A DNA stretch of 64,000 nt from NCBI RefSeq assembly GCF_009914755.1, contig NC_060938.1. One strand, written 5' to 3'. Shown here one piece after another: positions 17,007 to 31,859 of this stretch. The translations under genes and the position numbers were made by a program. Under the pieces are notes generated by a model. That model searched no databases. It was not told the origin of the DNA and was given only the letters and a program-made list of their open reading frames with translations. Source of the stretch: the human T2T-CHM13v2.0 reference genome, Homo sapiens. Every line of letters begins with the position of its first letter. Within the stretch, counting starts at the first letter, position 1.

Positions 17007-17477
17007 TATGGTAGGCAGAATAATGGCTCCCCAAATGACATTCACATCCCTATCCCTGGAATCTGTGAATATTACTTTATATGGCAAAAAGGGACTTTGG
17101 AAAGGATTAACAATTTTGAGATGGGGACAAGATCCTGGATTATCCAAGTGGGCCCAAAATGCAATCAACATGTACCTTATAAGAAGGCAGAAGGAGACGT
17201 GACACAGACAGAAGAGGAGGTCATGTGACTAAAGAGGCAGAGACTAGAGTGCTGCAGCCACAAACCAAGGAATGCTGGCAGTCACCAGAAGCTAGAAGAG
17301 CCAAGAACAGATTCTCCCGTAGAGCTTATGGAAGGAGCATGGTCCTGCCACCTTAATTTTAGCCCACTGACACAAATTTCAGACTTCTGGCCTCCAAAAC
17401 TGTGAGAGAATACATTTGTTTTGTTTTAAGCAACTGAGTTTGTGTAATTTGTTACAGTAACCTTAAGAATTAATACA
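17007..17477 (+). mobile_element. MLT1-type solo LTR
   Basis: ggtaggcagaataatggctcccc...ccaaggaatgctggcag...gacttctggcctccaaaactgtgagagaata...taataca. Confidence 0.8.
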
Positions 17478-20400
17478 TGGATATTTCAGAATGGATTGTA
17501 GCAGCTGCTTAGAGTAGACAAAAGGAATACAGGTCATGTATACAATATAAGCTATTTCCTTCCTGTCTCACTCACATTTCAATCACAAGTTATGGCAATA
17601 ACGAAAAAGTACATTTGGTTTCCATCTTAAAACCATCAATTCTATAAATTCAAACATTTTGAACACTATTGAGAGAGTATAGCACTTCATTCTTATACAT
17701 TTTTAAGTGGAAAAAATCCAACTCTTGAAATTTTTATCTTTGTCAAGTACGTAATTGTTTCATACTTATTTCACAATGAATTTTAAGTCAGTTAATAAAT
17801 TATGTTAATATGGCCACTTTCCAGCTGGTAACAGCCTCCACTGCTGATCTCTGCAAATAATCTCACACCTATCTACTAGAAAAATTCTCAAATGTTATTG
17901 CAGTCATGGTATAAACAAGTCCCAAGAAGCTTCTGGGTCTTCCAGTAGGTACTTTTTTTCCAGAACATAATATATACTAGTAAGTAGATGGCAATCAGAA
18001 GGCATAAGTTTAGATCTGTACACGTTCTGTTAGTTATTCCAGTGTTGATCTTTTTAACCTATGTAACTTCTTTTAGCCTCAGTTTTATGAAAAAGTTAAA
18101 ATCTAGACTTAAAAGTAAAGAATGAATAACAGGAAAGGCAAGTAGATAGAAAAAATAGGTAATGGGGTTAAGAAAGCAGTCCTCGTTAACTTTACCTTCT
18201 CAATCTTTGTTTTCCTTATTTGCAGAATGAGATCATAATAATACCTGTACTTTATTATTCAGGTATTAATGTAGCTGAGGTTTTTGAGGATCAAATCAGA
18301 CAATGTACATAAAAACATGATAAACTGTAAGTGATATTGTACTACAGTAGTACTATGGTAGCAGTGAGGCGATAGAGATAAAACATATCAGTGAAGAACA
18401 CAGACTTTGGAAATATAAGGTAATGAGTTTTAGTCCCATCTGAATCTTAAATTATATTATTAGGTGGAATAATAGGTACCAGCCTTTCTTAATCTAAGTA
18501 TTAATTGTTTCATTCATAAAATAAGAATACCCCACTTATCTCAGAAGTTTACCTGAAAGTGATTCTCTAAAGTATAAAGTTCTACAAAATATACAGCTTG
18601 AGGTGTTAAGAATATAGTACTTACGTCTCACTGTACTAAATTGCCACTTCCCAATATCCCCACTTTCACTAATTCCCATTCTTTCCCACAATGACCTTTT
18701 ACTCTTATGATGCTCATGTAATGACTATAGCTCTATATAAAACTTGCTATCTCCCAAATATTTTCTTACCACACGTTAGATTTTGTCTATAACCTTTCTC
18801 CTCTGATCTTCCTTTCCTCCAATTCAAATTCTCAAAACTCAAGATCAAAAATTAACTTTACCTGGACGTCTATAAGCATTTATTTACTATATCCCTTTAC
18901 ATGCAATTAATTCAATTATACGTGTTGCTCTGTAAAACATACCCCTTTCAACTCTCATTTTCTGATTTAACAAGGAGAATGGTAGACTAAAAAGTGAAGG
19001 ATGAACAACAGAAAAGGAAAATGTATGCGAAAAATAAGAGAAGGGATTGAAAAAGGAGACCTAGTCACTTTGTAAATTCATCTCTCTCTCAGACTAAACA
19101 ATTATGTTTCAAGATATTTAAAAGAGCCTGCAAATGAGATTATTGAATCATTACCAGTGCCACAGGACTGAAGACTATTTTCAAAAATAAGACAGTAAAT
19201 TCTACAATATGGTAAGATTTCTGTTAATTTCAGATAACATTCTAAAACAAATTATTAAAGATTTGACTTGTGAATACCGATAAGAAGATGTAGAGATCTT
19301 TAGGATTAGGATATATGAGCTAAAAATAATAAGACATGTTACAGACTAGGTTTGTTTCTTTTTAAAAATTTATTTAGAAGACTTGTAGATCAGAAAAGTA
19401 GACTTGATATTTAACTAGATATTAGTAAATAATTTTATAATGCCCTTCATGATTTTTCAAAGAACAAAACTAAAAAAATATATAAGCTAGTTCAGTTAGC
19501 TAAATCAGCAACTAGTGGAACAAATACCCCCCAGAGTATACCACTTAATGGAATGAGGCCTAGAGGGATGCTTCTAGTGGTATTCTGTAAGGCCAAGATG
19601 AAGATATTTTATGTCCTGAACTTTGAAGATGACATGAAGCTGCAAAGGACAGCAAAAGCATTGACTAACACAATAAGGATCCTGAAAGACTTATATCTAA
19701 CAAGAAGAAATTTAAAAGGGATAAATGTAAAAATTCTATAGCAGATTCCAAACCAACTACCCAAGTATAGAATAAGAGAGAAAAGACGCATCTGTAGAAC
19801 GTGTTTAACAGGTTTAGGGATTTTAATTGCAGTACTATTTTAACACCATAAACTTATGTGGGTTTAAGCTGCATTAACAGAACTATAATATACAGAACTA
19901 CAGAGGAGAAATTTTTGCTTTGCTCTGCAAATGTCAGTCCATATCTGTACTACAGATTTTGGGTATCATCCTTTGACAGGGATCTAAACAGACTGTAACA
20001 CCTGATGAACAGCAGAAATTCAAATCATGTCTTACAGGTAATGGAACAGAGGTACTGAGTCTGGGAAAAAAGGAGGTCTGAGTTATCACATGAAAAACCA
20101 AGGAATGAAGGTTACTCAACAACAACAGGAATAATAATTATAATATAGGGTTGTTTTGAGGATTAAACGAGTTTATACATAAAAAGGGCTCAGAATAGGG
20201 CCTATCACTTAGTAGGCTCTTAATAAATATGAGTTATTACTAGTAAATTCTTCGAGTTGTCCCTTGAGAAGTAGTCAACTTTCTATGTTGCACTACCTCT
20301 CACTATTAGATAAGAAACCCACTCTGTCTTCTCTGATACCCTGGGCAACACAAGTATCACAGAATTGTTGATTCTCAAATCAAGGTTATGAAGTATTGAC

Positions 20401-21859
20401 TAGATTCATTTTTAATATAATTAGGAATCACATAGTGATAGATCCTATATTGTTAACCTAATTTTTGTGTACCCAATTCAAAACTGGTACACCATCAACA
20501 TATGACACGCAAAAATGACACAACATAGGTCTGTAAATACACACATACATGTATGTACACACACAACACATAAATATACACACATGCATATATTTGTATG
20601 ATATGCAGTATAGTTTTAAGAGACTGGGCTTTGGTACCAGGCTTCCCGGGTTACAATACAATGGTCTGTATTATGTGACCTTGGGAAATTCAGTCAAAAG
20701 TTTCAGTTTTCTCATTTGTAAAAAAATAGACAAAATTGTATAAAAAGCAGTTGTAAATATGCCTTTCTATGTGCTGGTACATAAGCACTCAGTAATTGGT
20801 AGACGTTATTTATTTTTACTGTTCATCAACCTTTAAAAAGCTTGGTTATTGCCAACTATATCCATGAAATGCCTTTCCATGCATACCAAAAAAGGAAGGA
20901 AGTTTGCTTACTGTCCAGGGAACAAATACCTACCAAAGCCAGGCCAAAGCCTCACTAATTCTATCAGTAAAGAGACATATGAGCCATTTTAAAATATAGA
21001 TGGCTTATTAGATTTAGATAGTTTATTACTTACAGATTGAAAAGAAGATTAGCCAAAGAGTAAACTGCCTGGATCCTTGTCCCGCACATCAAAAATGGTA
21101 ACACAAAAAAGGGGCTGGCCCCATGAAAACTATGGCTAAGCAGTTTTCTATTCTGTAGCTCTATTCTAAGGGTGTGGGATGGGGTCAAAAGTCTAACACC
21201 TAATCACAACCAGGGAAGTGAAGAGAAACTGTCTCATGACACACTTGTAGGGGAAATAGAGAGGTGAGTGGAAAATTGGGAGATGACCTCATAGCAGCTC
21301 CTTAGAGGCCTCTCACTCTCTCATATTCCAGGAGAATCACAAGGTGTGTCAAGCCACGGATAAGCTGCAGTCCTGAGGTCCAAGTCTTTGCCTACATGGA
21401 TACATGCAAGGTGACCAGAGTACCATGACAAAGTTGTTCCCCTATACTTATGCCCCTATAATACTGCTTTATCTCACTTTCCTAGATCTATGTTGTTAAA
21501 ACCTTTTAAATATTTTCTGACCATTCCAACTAGTAAGTAAGACATTCTATTCATTTGAACCAGCATGGTTCATTTTACTCCATAATAATAGAAATTATCA
21601 AAGTGTTTAAAATGGGCCAAAGAAAAGGCACTGGTAAAAGTAACTTCATAAAAGAAAGCCTAGCATATTTTTATAATTGTATTAGATGCAAATGATATAC
21701 TTTCATTCCTTGTAAGAACTACTGAGAATAAAGTTTAATTTTAAAAATTATAGTTTGAATGCTTAATCAAAACAGTGTCAACTAGCAACTTCAACAAGGC
21801 AAGGTAAAAATAGGGAACTTAAAATGAATTACACTAGCAGTTTTCCATAACATAATTTT

Positions 21860-22172
21860 TTTGTTTTGTTTTTGTTTTTGTTTTTCAGACAGGTTCTCAT
21901 TCCTGTTGCCCTGGCCAGGGTGTGGTGGCGAGATCTTAGCTTACTCACTGCAGCCTTGACCTCCTGGGCTCAGGTGATTCTCCCACTTCAGCCTCCCAAG
22001 TAGCTGGGGCTACAGGCACACATCACCACGCCCGACTAGTTTTTGTATTTTTTTTGTAGAGAAGGAGTTTCACCATGTTGCCTAGGCTAGTCTCGAACTC
22101 CTGGACTCAAACGATCACCCACCCTGGACTCCTAAAGTGTTGGGATTACAGGTGTGAGCCACTGAGCATGAC
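21860..22172 (-). mobile_element. Alu (J-like)
   Basis: Alu consensus. Confidence 0.88.
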
Positions 22173-22279
22173 CAAATTAAATCTTAAAATTTTTAATTTG
22201 GCCCCTTTCCTCTCTCAAAAAATATGACTTTAGAAAAATGCACAGAATTCTAACATTTTCAAATATAGAGTTTTTAAAA

Positions 22280-22470
22280 CAGTGGTTTTCAAATCTGATC
22301 CTTGTACCAACAGCATTAGCAACATTTGGGAACCTGCTAGAAATGTAAATTCTTGAGCCCCATCACAGTTGTAAGCAATCAGAAACTACATAGGGCAGTG
22401 GGGTTGCAGGAAATGGGCAAACTGTGTTTTAAGTCCTCCAGGTTATTCTTAGGCAAAAGTTCCAGAACCA
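22280..22470. mobile_element. MER5-like hAT MITE
   Basis: cagtggttttcaaa...cagcattagc...tagaaatgtaaattctt...ttccagaacca. Confidence 0.6.
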
Positions 22471-23381
22471 GTTAAAATATTTATAGCTCAAGTTTAGCAG
22501 CTTAAAAATTACTGAAAATTATTTTTAAGAAATATTTAAAATGAAAGTTTTTTAGAGACAGGATCTCACTATGTTGCCCAGGCTGGAGTGCAATGGCCAC
22601 TCAAAGGCATGATCATGGCACAATGCAACCTCAAACTCCTAGGCTCAAGTGACCTACTTGCCTCAGCCTCATCAGTAGCTGGGACTACAGGTGTCCACCA
22701 CTGCGTTTGGCTCAAAAACTATAATGCCTTCAAAATTATACATGGCAACTGTGACTATATTTGGTTCTCAGCTATCTACCCATAAATGGCTAAAAAAAGT
22801 AATTCAAAGAAGTAATACTTTCTAATCCTCAAAGCCCCACATTTGTCAAACAGTTTTACACTGGCAGTTTCATTTACCTCAGTAACCACTTTGCGTAAAA
22901 GGAAGGGTAAGTACCATAAAAAAAAAAAAAACAAACACAGGAAAGAACAGGGAGTAAAAGCATTAATTTTAGAGTCGGACAGATTTGGATTTAAGTCTAC
23001 ATTTTGCTACTTAATAGCTGGGCTATTTGATACTTGGGCAAATTACTTATTCTAAGCTTAAACATTCTCATTTGTAAAATTTGTTGTGGATTAACAGGAT
23101 TAAATGAGACGTATGTAAGGAAAAATAGATCAATGGAGAACAGAAAATATAAAAGTAGATCATTTAGATATGCAGGTTTAGTATATGATAAAGGTGGAAT
23201 CTCTGCGAGGGAAAAGAGAAACGTTTAAATAAATGTGTTGAGATAACGGAATAGCCATATGGAAACAGGTAAAACTAGATTTCTGCTACATACCTACACC
23301 AACAGGATAAATTACAAATGAATCAGAGGTATATATATGAAAAATGTAATTATATAAATATTAGAATAAAATACGGGTAAA

Positions 23382-23805
23382 AACTTATGTTGAAATTTAG
23401 TCCCCAATGCGGTAGTATTGAGAGGTAGGGCTTTTAAGAGGTAACTGGCAGAGTCCTTATGAACGGATTGATCCACTTATGGATTAATGAATTAACATGT
23501 TAGCAAATTAAAGGGTTATCACAGGAGTGGGACCAGTGGCTTTATAAGAAGAGGAAGAGAGAGCTGAGCTAGCACACTCACAGCCCCCTCACCATGTGAG
23601 GCCTTGTGCTGCCTTGGGACTCTGCAGAGTTCTTACCAGCAAGAAGGCTTCCACCAGATGCAGCCCCAAGAAAGCTCACACCAGGTGTGGCCCCCTTGAC
23701 CTTGGACTTCTCAGCCTCCATAACTGTAAGAAATAAATTCCTTTTACTTATAAATTATCCAGTTTCAGATATTGTGTTATAAGTAATGGAAAACAAACTA
23801 AGACA
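23382..23805 (+). mobile_element. MST-type LTR
   Basis: gttgaaatttagtccccaatg...gacttctcagcctccataactgtaagaaataaattcc...actaagaca. Confidence 0.8.
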
Positions 23806-25518
23806 ACCTGAGATTAGGGAACAGTTTCCTAACTTTGAAACAAAATCCAGAAGACATCAGTGAAAAAATAGGTAAAACTGATTACATTTTAAAAACTTGG
23901 AATAAAGAAATCGTAAGTAAAAATATAAATGAGACTGAGAAAAATATTTGTAGCATATATAAAATATATATCAGTAATACATAAAATATTTCTAAAATTT
24001 TCTAGCCCTATAGGAAAAATTGGTTAAAGAAATGAACAGATGTTTGTTAAAAACATAAATGATTTTAACCATACAAAAATTGCTCAACTTCACTTAAAAT
24101 CAAATAAATTAATACATGGAGTTAACAATTCTCTCTTGACAGTATAGTCTGTTGGTGAGGATGTGAGAAACAGGAAATCTCACTCATTGCTGTGGGAATA
24201 GAAAATGATACAAAACCTCTGGAGGTAAATCTGTCAAAATACAGCAAAATTACATTTGGATTTTTCCTTTGACCCAAAAACCCTACTTCTAAGAATCTAT
24301 CCAAAAATTACACTGGCAAAAATGTATAAAGACAAATCCATAAGGCTAATAATAATTGCAGATCTATTTATAAAAACAAAATAATATACTCATGTTTCTT
24401 ATTCCTCATATTTGAGAGACCAAAAGGCAACTGACCAAGATTTTTAAAACAACTCTCATGTCCAGCAACAAAAGAATGGTTGTGAAAACTATAGAGCATC
24501 CACACAATGCAGTACTATACAGCGATGAAAAGGAATGAGGAATCTCTGTATAGAATACTCTGCAGTGATCTCCCTGATCTAAGCAAAGTGTGTTTAGTGT
24601 GTCACCATTTATCTACGATAGGGAAGATTACAAACATACATAATCATTTCTATTAAAAAAAGGAAATTTTACACAATATATACTTTTAAAGGTTACCTAC
24701 AAGAGGAGGTATGGAACTAAAAACTAGAGGATAGAGATAGAAGGTAGATATTTTTGAATATACTCTGTTTTATAGATTTGACTGTGGAATCAGAAAAGTA
24801 TTTTATGTAATTATAAAGCACAATTAAATCTTAAAAACATGATCCATAAGAAATTTGAAAATTGAAAATACAAAGGAAGAAAATATCAACTTAGTGGCCT
24901 TACCATACCATTCCAAATAACTTTAAAACAGTAATCTGAAGTCTCTATTGCGACATGCCCTAAAATATATATCTTATGCTGTTTTCAGTAATCGCATTGT
25001 TGATAAGGACACTGTTTATTTGTATTGTGACACTGTTAATGTGTGTATTGTGCTATAAAGCAAATGAGTAATGATATGATATTCTATCAACCCTAGGGTC
25101 ACTGTGATCTAGGATTCTTGGTATGGGAAAAAGAAGGTAACGACATAACACTAAGATGTTAATTATGAACCTCACAGTCTGTATTTGAATAAAAAGTATG
25201 AGAATAAATATATGTATATAAATAACAGTAAATATTCATATATACTAATACATAATTTATATATAATACATAAAATACATGTGAGCTATACATACATATT
25301 AAATATACGTAATATTATTTTAAGGAAAAAAATAAATTATATTTCCTAGCTCTGTCTACTGAAAAGGTCTAGAAACTGACCATCCCGGTAGCAAAGAACA
25401 CTTCTAGCATTCAGATGTACTCTCTAAATACCATTTCCCTCAAAGAGAACAGAACTCCTTGGGCAGATAGCTGATACCATGTCTGGGGCAGAAGATGTCA
25501 AGACACATTTGGAATCTA

Positions 25519-25837
<319 letters not shown>

Positions 25838-26879
25838 CTATCAAATACTACAAGAGTCATATAAAAAATATTCAGGGGCCAAACTAAATAGGCTTTCACT
25901 AGTCAAAGACAGGACAAACTGATCATCAATAATAATAACTGCAATTGATTAAACGATATCAGATATTTTAAATGCATGAGTTAATAATGATACTTAAAAA
26001 AAGTCCTAATGGTCAACACCGGACGATGCTAATGTAGCAACTCATTTTTTGAAACCTAGTAAACAAAGAGAAATAATCAAACATTTATTATGCCTTTCCT
26101 ACACTAACTGTACTACTGGGTTTCCAAATAGATGAGTTTTTTTGTTTTTGTTTTTTAAGAGATAGGGTCTTGCTACCTTGCCGAAACTAGTCTCAATCTC
26201 CTGGTCTTAAGCGATCCTCCCACCTTGGCCTCCCAAAGTACTGGGGTTACAGACATGAGCCACTACACCTGGCCAAATTTCTCTTTTTAAAAGTATCCCT
26301 GTTAATAAATAAAGAAGGAATAATGGAATATTATCATTTTGCATCCTTAATAAATAATGGGCATTGATTGTGAAGGGCTGTTTATATCACAAAAAGAGAG
26401 ATAGCTAGATAATTGGGCCTTCTGATGGAAAAACATAACACCCATGAGTATTCTCACGTCCCAACCCCAACACACACCAAAGTCAAGCAAATTAAACTAC
26501 AGCCAATTCTCTAGTTCCAACTATTAATTTACATAAAATATAGAAAATAGAAAAATCATGTTAAACAATACCAGAAAGATGCAATTAGCAAAAACATACC
26601 GACTGTGAAAAATCTTGTAAAATAAACTAAATTCTTCAACAAATAAACTGCAAGAAATAAAGAGAATGAATCTATAAATTTAAAAGACGTATCAATCAAA
26701 TACAACCTGTGAACCATAGACTTGTGTGTGCACCCACATATTTAGAAAACAGTTGGAAATTTACACACTGACTGGATTATTAATATATTAATTAATCACT
26801 GCTATTTTTTGTTGCTAAATAGTGGTATTGTGGTTGTGTTTTTAAGAGCTTTTTTCTTTTACAGATATATGCTGAAATT

Positions 26880-27135
26880 GGTGTGCAATGGTGCAATTAT
26901 AGCTCACTGTAACCTTGAATTCCTGGGCTCAAGGGATTCTCCCTCCTCAGCCTCCCAAGTAGCTAGAACTACAGGCGCATGCTACCATGCCTGGCTAATA
27001 TTTTTTATTTTTATTTTTTGTAGAGATGGGATCTCACTATTTGTCCAGGCTGGTCTTGAACTTTTGGCCTCAAGCAATCCTCCTGCCTTGGCCTCCCAAA
27101 GAGCTGCGATTACAGGTGTGAGCCCCCATGACCAG
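26880..27135 (-). mobile_element. Alu (J-like), partial
   Basis: Alu consensus. Confidence 0.85.
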
Positions 27136-30100
27136 CTGTATTGAAATATTTGTAGATGAAATAATATGTTGTTAGGATTTGCTGCAAAATAATAGGGGAT
27201 GAGGTTGTGGAAGGGGATATAGATGGTGTCATGAGTTGATAACTATTGAAGATGCGTGATAGGTAAATAGATGTTCATCATATTGTTCTGCTTTTACATG
27301 TTTTTGAAATTTTGCACAGTAAGAGACTTTTTTCTTAAAAAACAGAAAATATAAGGCACAAAATTTTGAATAAGACAGTTTTAGAATCCTAAGTTCAGGG
27401 AGTTTAAATGAATTAGCAAAATCACATAATTAGTAAAAAACATTACTGGGACTAGAATGTTTTCTTAATCTTGGAACAATGCTCTCTACACATTACATAC
27501 AAAAAATTAACTGCCAAACAATGTTGAGCTGCTTAAAATATTTACTGAATCAATTTATAATTGTTATCACTTCTCATAAAATGAAATAATTCTATGAAAG
27601 AGCATCTAGAATACCTTTGACTGTCATAATGTACCAGTTAACAGTCTAAGCTTTTAACATGTATTAATTCCTTTCATCCTCAGAGCAACAATATAATAGG
27701 CACTGTTATTATTACCACCATTTTACAGATAAAGAAATGTGAGGCACAGAGAAATTAAGTCCAAGGCAAGATTTAAACCTTGGCACTCTGTCTATGTAAT
27801 TCTTAAATATTCTATTACACTGCCTCATTTATTAAATAAGCTCAGAATTTCTTAATCTTATTAAAATCTTAACTCAAACAAGAAATTAAAAATGTGCAGA
27901 ATGGAAATCCAGAGGATAGATCATTCATATAAAATCTTTATAAAATAAATACACATTAGATACAAAAATACACAGGGCTTTAAAATGAAATAAAGAAGGA
28001 TCCATGGAACAATCATTGCCTTCCAGTATTTGCCTAAAAGCAGATTTGGTATATCAGGTTCCTCCATATCTCTGCCATAGTTTTTGTTCTTTTTTTTTTT
28101 TTTTAATGATAAAACAAACAATAGTATTCTGAATCTTGGTAACTGCATTAGTCAATATCGAATAAAAAGTATCCATTTGAAATTAAAATTAAAATAAAAC
28201 TTTCCATAGTCTACAGTAACTTAACTTTAGGCTCTGAAACCAAGTTAATAAAGGTCAAGTTGCGAGTTTTGTACCTATCTACTTAATTGACACCTAAGCC
28301 ACAAAACAGTGGTGCTGAAATCAGTTGGGAGGCACTTATCTGCCACTATATAAATATAGATCACACCCAGAGTAAATAAATGGTGAACAGAAATCAAGAT
28401 TACTCTTAAAAAAAAAATTCAAACCGACAGTTTTCTTTAAAAAGAGAAAATAAGAAATGATTTATCAAATTAGGAGAATATTCTATCACATCTGCTCTTT
28501 TCTTAAATTTCTTTCCTACAGTTCAACTTTCCTCATAGGATAATTCAACTAATAATGGTATATAATTCTATCAGTGAGCCTATGGAATAAGTTAGGATAT
28601 TTTCCTTTTATCTGAGATTTGACTTTTATTGACAAACAAAAGAAAAGTAAAATTAGAAGCCTGTCAAGAGCTCTTACTGGATGTGGTAATGACTTTGAAC
28701 TTGCTTTCTTCTGTGTTATTTCTGAATCCATGTTATGACAGGCGTCTAAGTTACATAATTAATCCCTGTCCACTGAAAAACTGCAACAGATGTGAAATTC
28801 TGTTAACTTATACATAGTAATTAATATGTAATACAAGTTGGATTTTTGTTTAAAATTATAGTTTTGACTGAAGACAGAAATACATAATGGCTTTGGAAGA
28901 TAAACCTAAGTAGATGAAAATATATCACTCATATACATCAAGAAAACTGATTCAATCCTGTATAAAATAAGCTCATAATTTCTTAACTTATTAAAGTGTT
29001 ACCTCAAACAAGAAACTAAAAATATTTTGAATAGAAATCCAAAAAGGATAGATTAAAATATATATAATCTTCAACCAAGGATTGAAAGAAAAAATAATAA
29101 ATTAAAAAATATATAATCAAATGATATATAATAAATGAATAATAATGGAAAAAATCTAATTTTATCCTAAAGTTTCAACAGTGACCTCCACCAAAACCTT
29201 CTCCAAGCTCTAAGCAAATGTGAGTTTTACTTTCTTCCTCTGTCCAATTACTCTTTTGTGGAAACACCCATAAAATGTTCCATAGTCCAAATGTAGAAGA
29301 TGTAACCTCAAAAAATTCTTGTGAGGATTAAATGAGTTAATATTTACTAAGTACCTAGCATGGTGCATGGCACATAGCAAATACTCAAAACATGGTATTA
29401 TTATGATTGTTTGTTAATATTAATAGCAACTTTCATTTGCATAGCATTTCTTCACAATAACTTCTCAAACTACACAAAATTCTTAATAGTTTACAGAATT
29501 CACACTGACGTTCAATATTCCTGGATGTCTGTAAAATTTGAGTAAGAACACAGAAAAATCATAGTGATTCGCCCAGGGAACTAATGTGTTATCTCTGATT
29601 CTGGAAATAAAGTAAGTTTTTAGGGCAATTGTGTTTACCCTTAAGTTCAGCTAAAAAAATTAACATATGTAGCACACACATTCCTATAATTCACTAATTT
29701 AACTACATTCTTGAAATTATTGAAATTTTAAACTTGTTTTAGCTGAATTTGCAATTTTCAATGTATCCTTAACCACTTCCTTTTAACTTTCTGAGGTGTA
29801 CTATTAATAAAACACCTAATAGTGTATTCTACTATCTAAAAATTGATTACAAATTTGTACTCTCTCTATATATGATTAAATACAAAAGGCTTTTTAAGTC
29901 AATATACGAGAAATTCCTAGATTTCCAAAGATTAAAAAAAATCTGCTTCGTAATAAAAAGAATACACACTCAATGAATGAGATTTATGTTCCACAAAATA
30001 ACTCTAAAAGATAATCAGTAAGACGTGATGCTGATGAAGTCCCATTTCCTAAATATCCACTATGGAGACTAATGCCTCTTCTAAGTCTTCAATCAAAGAG

Positions 30101-30900
30101 ACAAAATGTAACAGATAAAAAATAAATTGCAATCTGTAATGTATAGTGATCCACAGGGATCTAAAAAAACAAGAATCAAAAGGAAGACTCATCTTGCTTT
30201 GTTCCCAGGAAAAGGGCATGATAACTGCTTAAGTATCCACGTCTCTCATTTAAGACTTTCGAAGTTCCTTTTCTGTGATTCCATGATTACCACACAACCT
30301 CTAGTTATTAACTTGGCTTCCCAAGTTCTTGGATACAAGAAAGAGTGCACTGGATTTTCAACTTGAAAATTCTGATCCAACATAAACTGGCACTGTAATG
30401 TGTACATCATTGTCTAGGTTAGTTTGAACTGGGTTCCTCAAGTCTGGGCAATACATGACTAGAAGTCTACACATTTGAGCTTCTTAGGTTGGAACTGTGA
30501 GAACCAGACACTTTCTCATTGACAACTGCTACAATCATTTCTTGTTTTTCACCTCCCTGTCTTTAACCTGTCCCTAAAATGAAACATGCTAGCTAAACCT
30601 AATTTAGGCAGATTCATTTAAACACGAAAATGGCTCATTAAAACCAAAGTAACAGCCTAGAATTTAAACCAAAACATAGGATGTATATTTACACAGCCTC
30701 ATTTACATTATAGTCTATTCCCCACCCCCACCCCCCCAAAAACAAAACAAAACAAAACTGATATTCAAATCGTACTTTAAGGCAAAAATCCAGAAATTAT
30801 TTTTGCACTTGCATCAGCTGGGAGCATTATTTATAAAGCTGTTTGGCATATGTGACTCATTTATTCCAAGACTTTAAAAAGTATTTAAGAGAAATCCCAC

Positions 30901-30942
30901 CTGGTACAGAGCAGGGTAGGAATACTTGCATTTGAAGTGCAT
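30901..30942 (-). CDS. KLHL28: Candidate alternative KLHL28 5' coding exon (MHFKCKYSYPALYQ, 14 codons)
   Basis: ATG at 30942 gives exactly 42 nt to a CAG|GTGGGA donor, phase 0 onto the exon 2 ATG. Confidence 0.45.
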
Positions 30943-31859
30943 AAATTTGGGTCTTCAAATGATAACTTAGACTTTTCGCACGAGTCATTCAAAAGTAATA
31001 GTATTATTCCTTCAAAAAAAAAAAATATCTCTTCCACACTCCAAAGCATTCAGGCTCACACTAGACACTCCAGCTCTTCCACTGTGTCCGTTTAAGTATC
31101 ACTTATGAGGAGAAAATGCACACAAAATTCTCAGTTCGCCTAAAATAAATAAATGTCTACTATCATTCCTAAATCCACAAGGCAGAATTCTCTTAGAACC
31201 ATGATGCCAAGAACTTCCACCGCAAGTGAAATTGTCTTCGCAATCTCTGTCTCTAGGAGACTGAAAGGCTGCAGAGACGCTTGAGGATCCTGCAGGGAGG
31301 CTAGGGCGGCAGACGGAGGGGGCGGAGGTTAGGGGAGAGTCCCACAGAGGAACTGCATTAGAAGGAAAGATTTTGATAACGTCTAAGGGAGAGGCGGTTA
31401 GCTACAGGGGGAAAAAAACAGACCTATTTCCATATTATGTACGTTGTAAAGAAAACGCAAAGTGATGAGGGTAAGGAAACGTTGCCAAAAACAAACAAAC
31501 AAAAACAAAAAAAAATTAACCCTCTGCGGCCGGAGGGTTAAGAGAAGTCGACAAAAGGAGAAGGGGGAGGCGAATAAAGGCCCCAAAGACCAGGAATTGA
31601 AAAAAAATACCCGATTTGTGAGCTTGGCCGTGGTCCAGATCTTCTGTCCTGATAAGCAGATGGCAAGAGGAAAGGATCGCAGTTACTCAGGGTGGTAGAG
31701 AGTAACGCGTTTACAAGGGTGACGAGCCCTGCACAAGAAGATGTCGCCTCTCTTTCCACCTGCTCCGCTCAGTCCTTTGCCTCTTACTCTAGCACCAGTG
31801 GCATTCGGGCAAAACACTGCCAAAGCCTGCACCGCTGGAGGACAGCAAAAGGAAAATAC

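Noticed and set aside
19070-20100. Possible ancient L3/CR1 remnant
   Set aside because: Resemblance is too faint to support without a Dfam search.
20850-21470. Unassigned moderately GC-rich block (possible pseudogene or old LTR)
   Set aside because: No ORF, termini or motif that I could identify.
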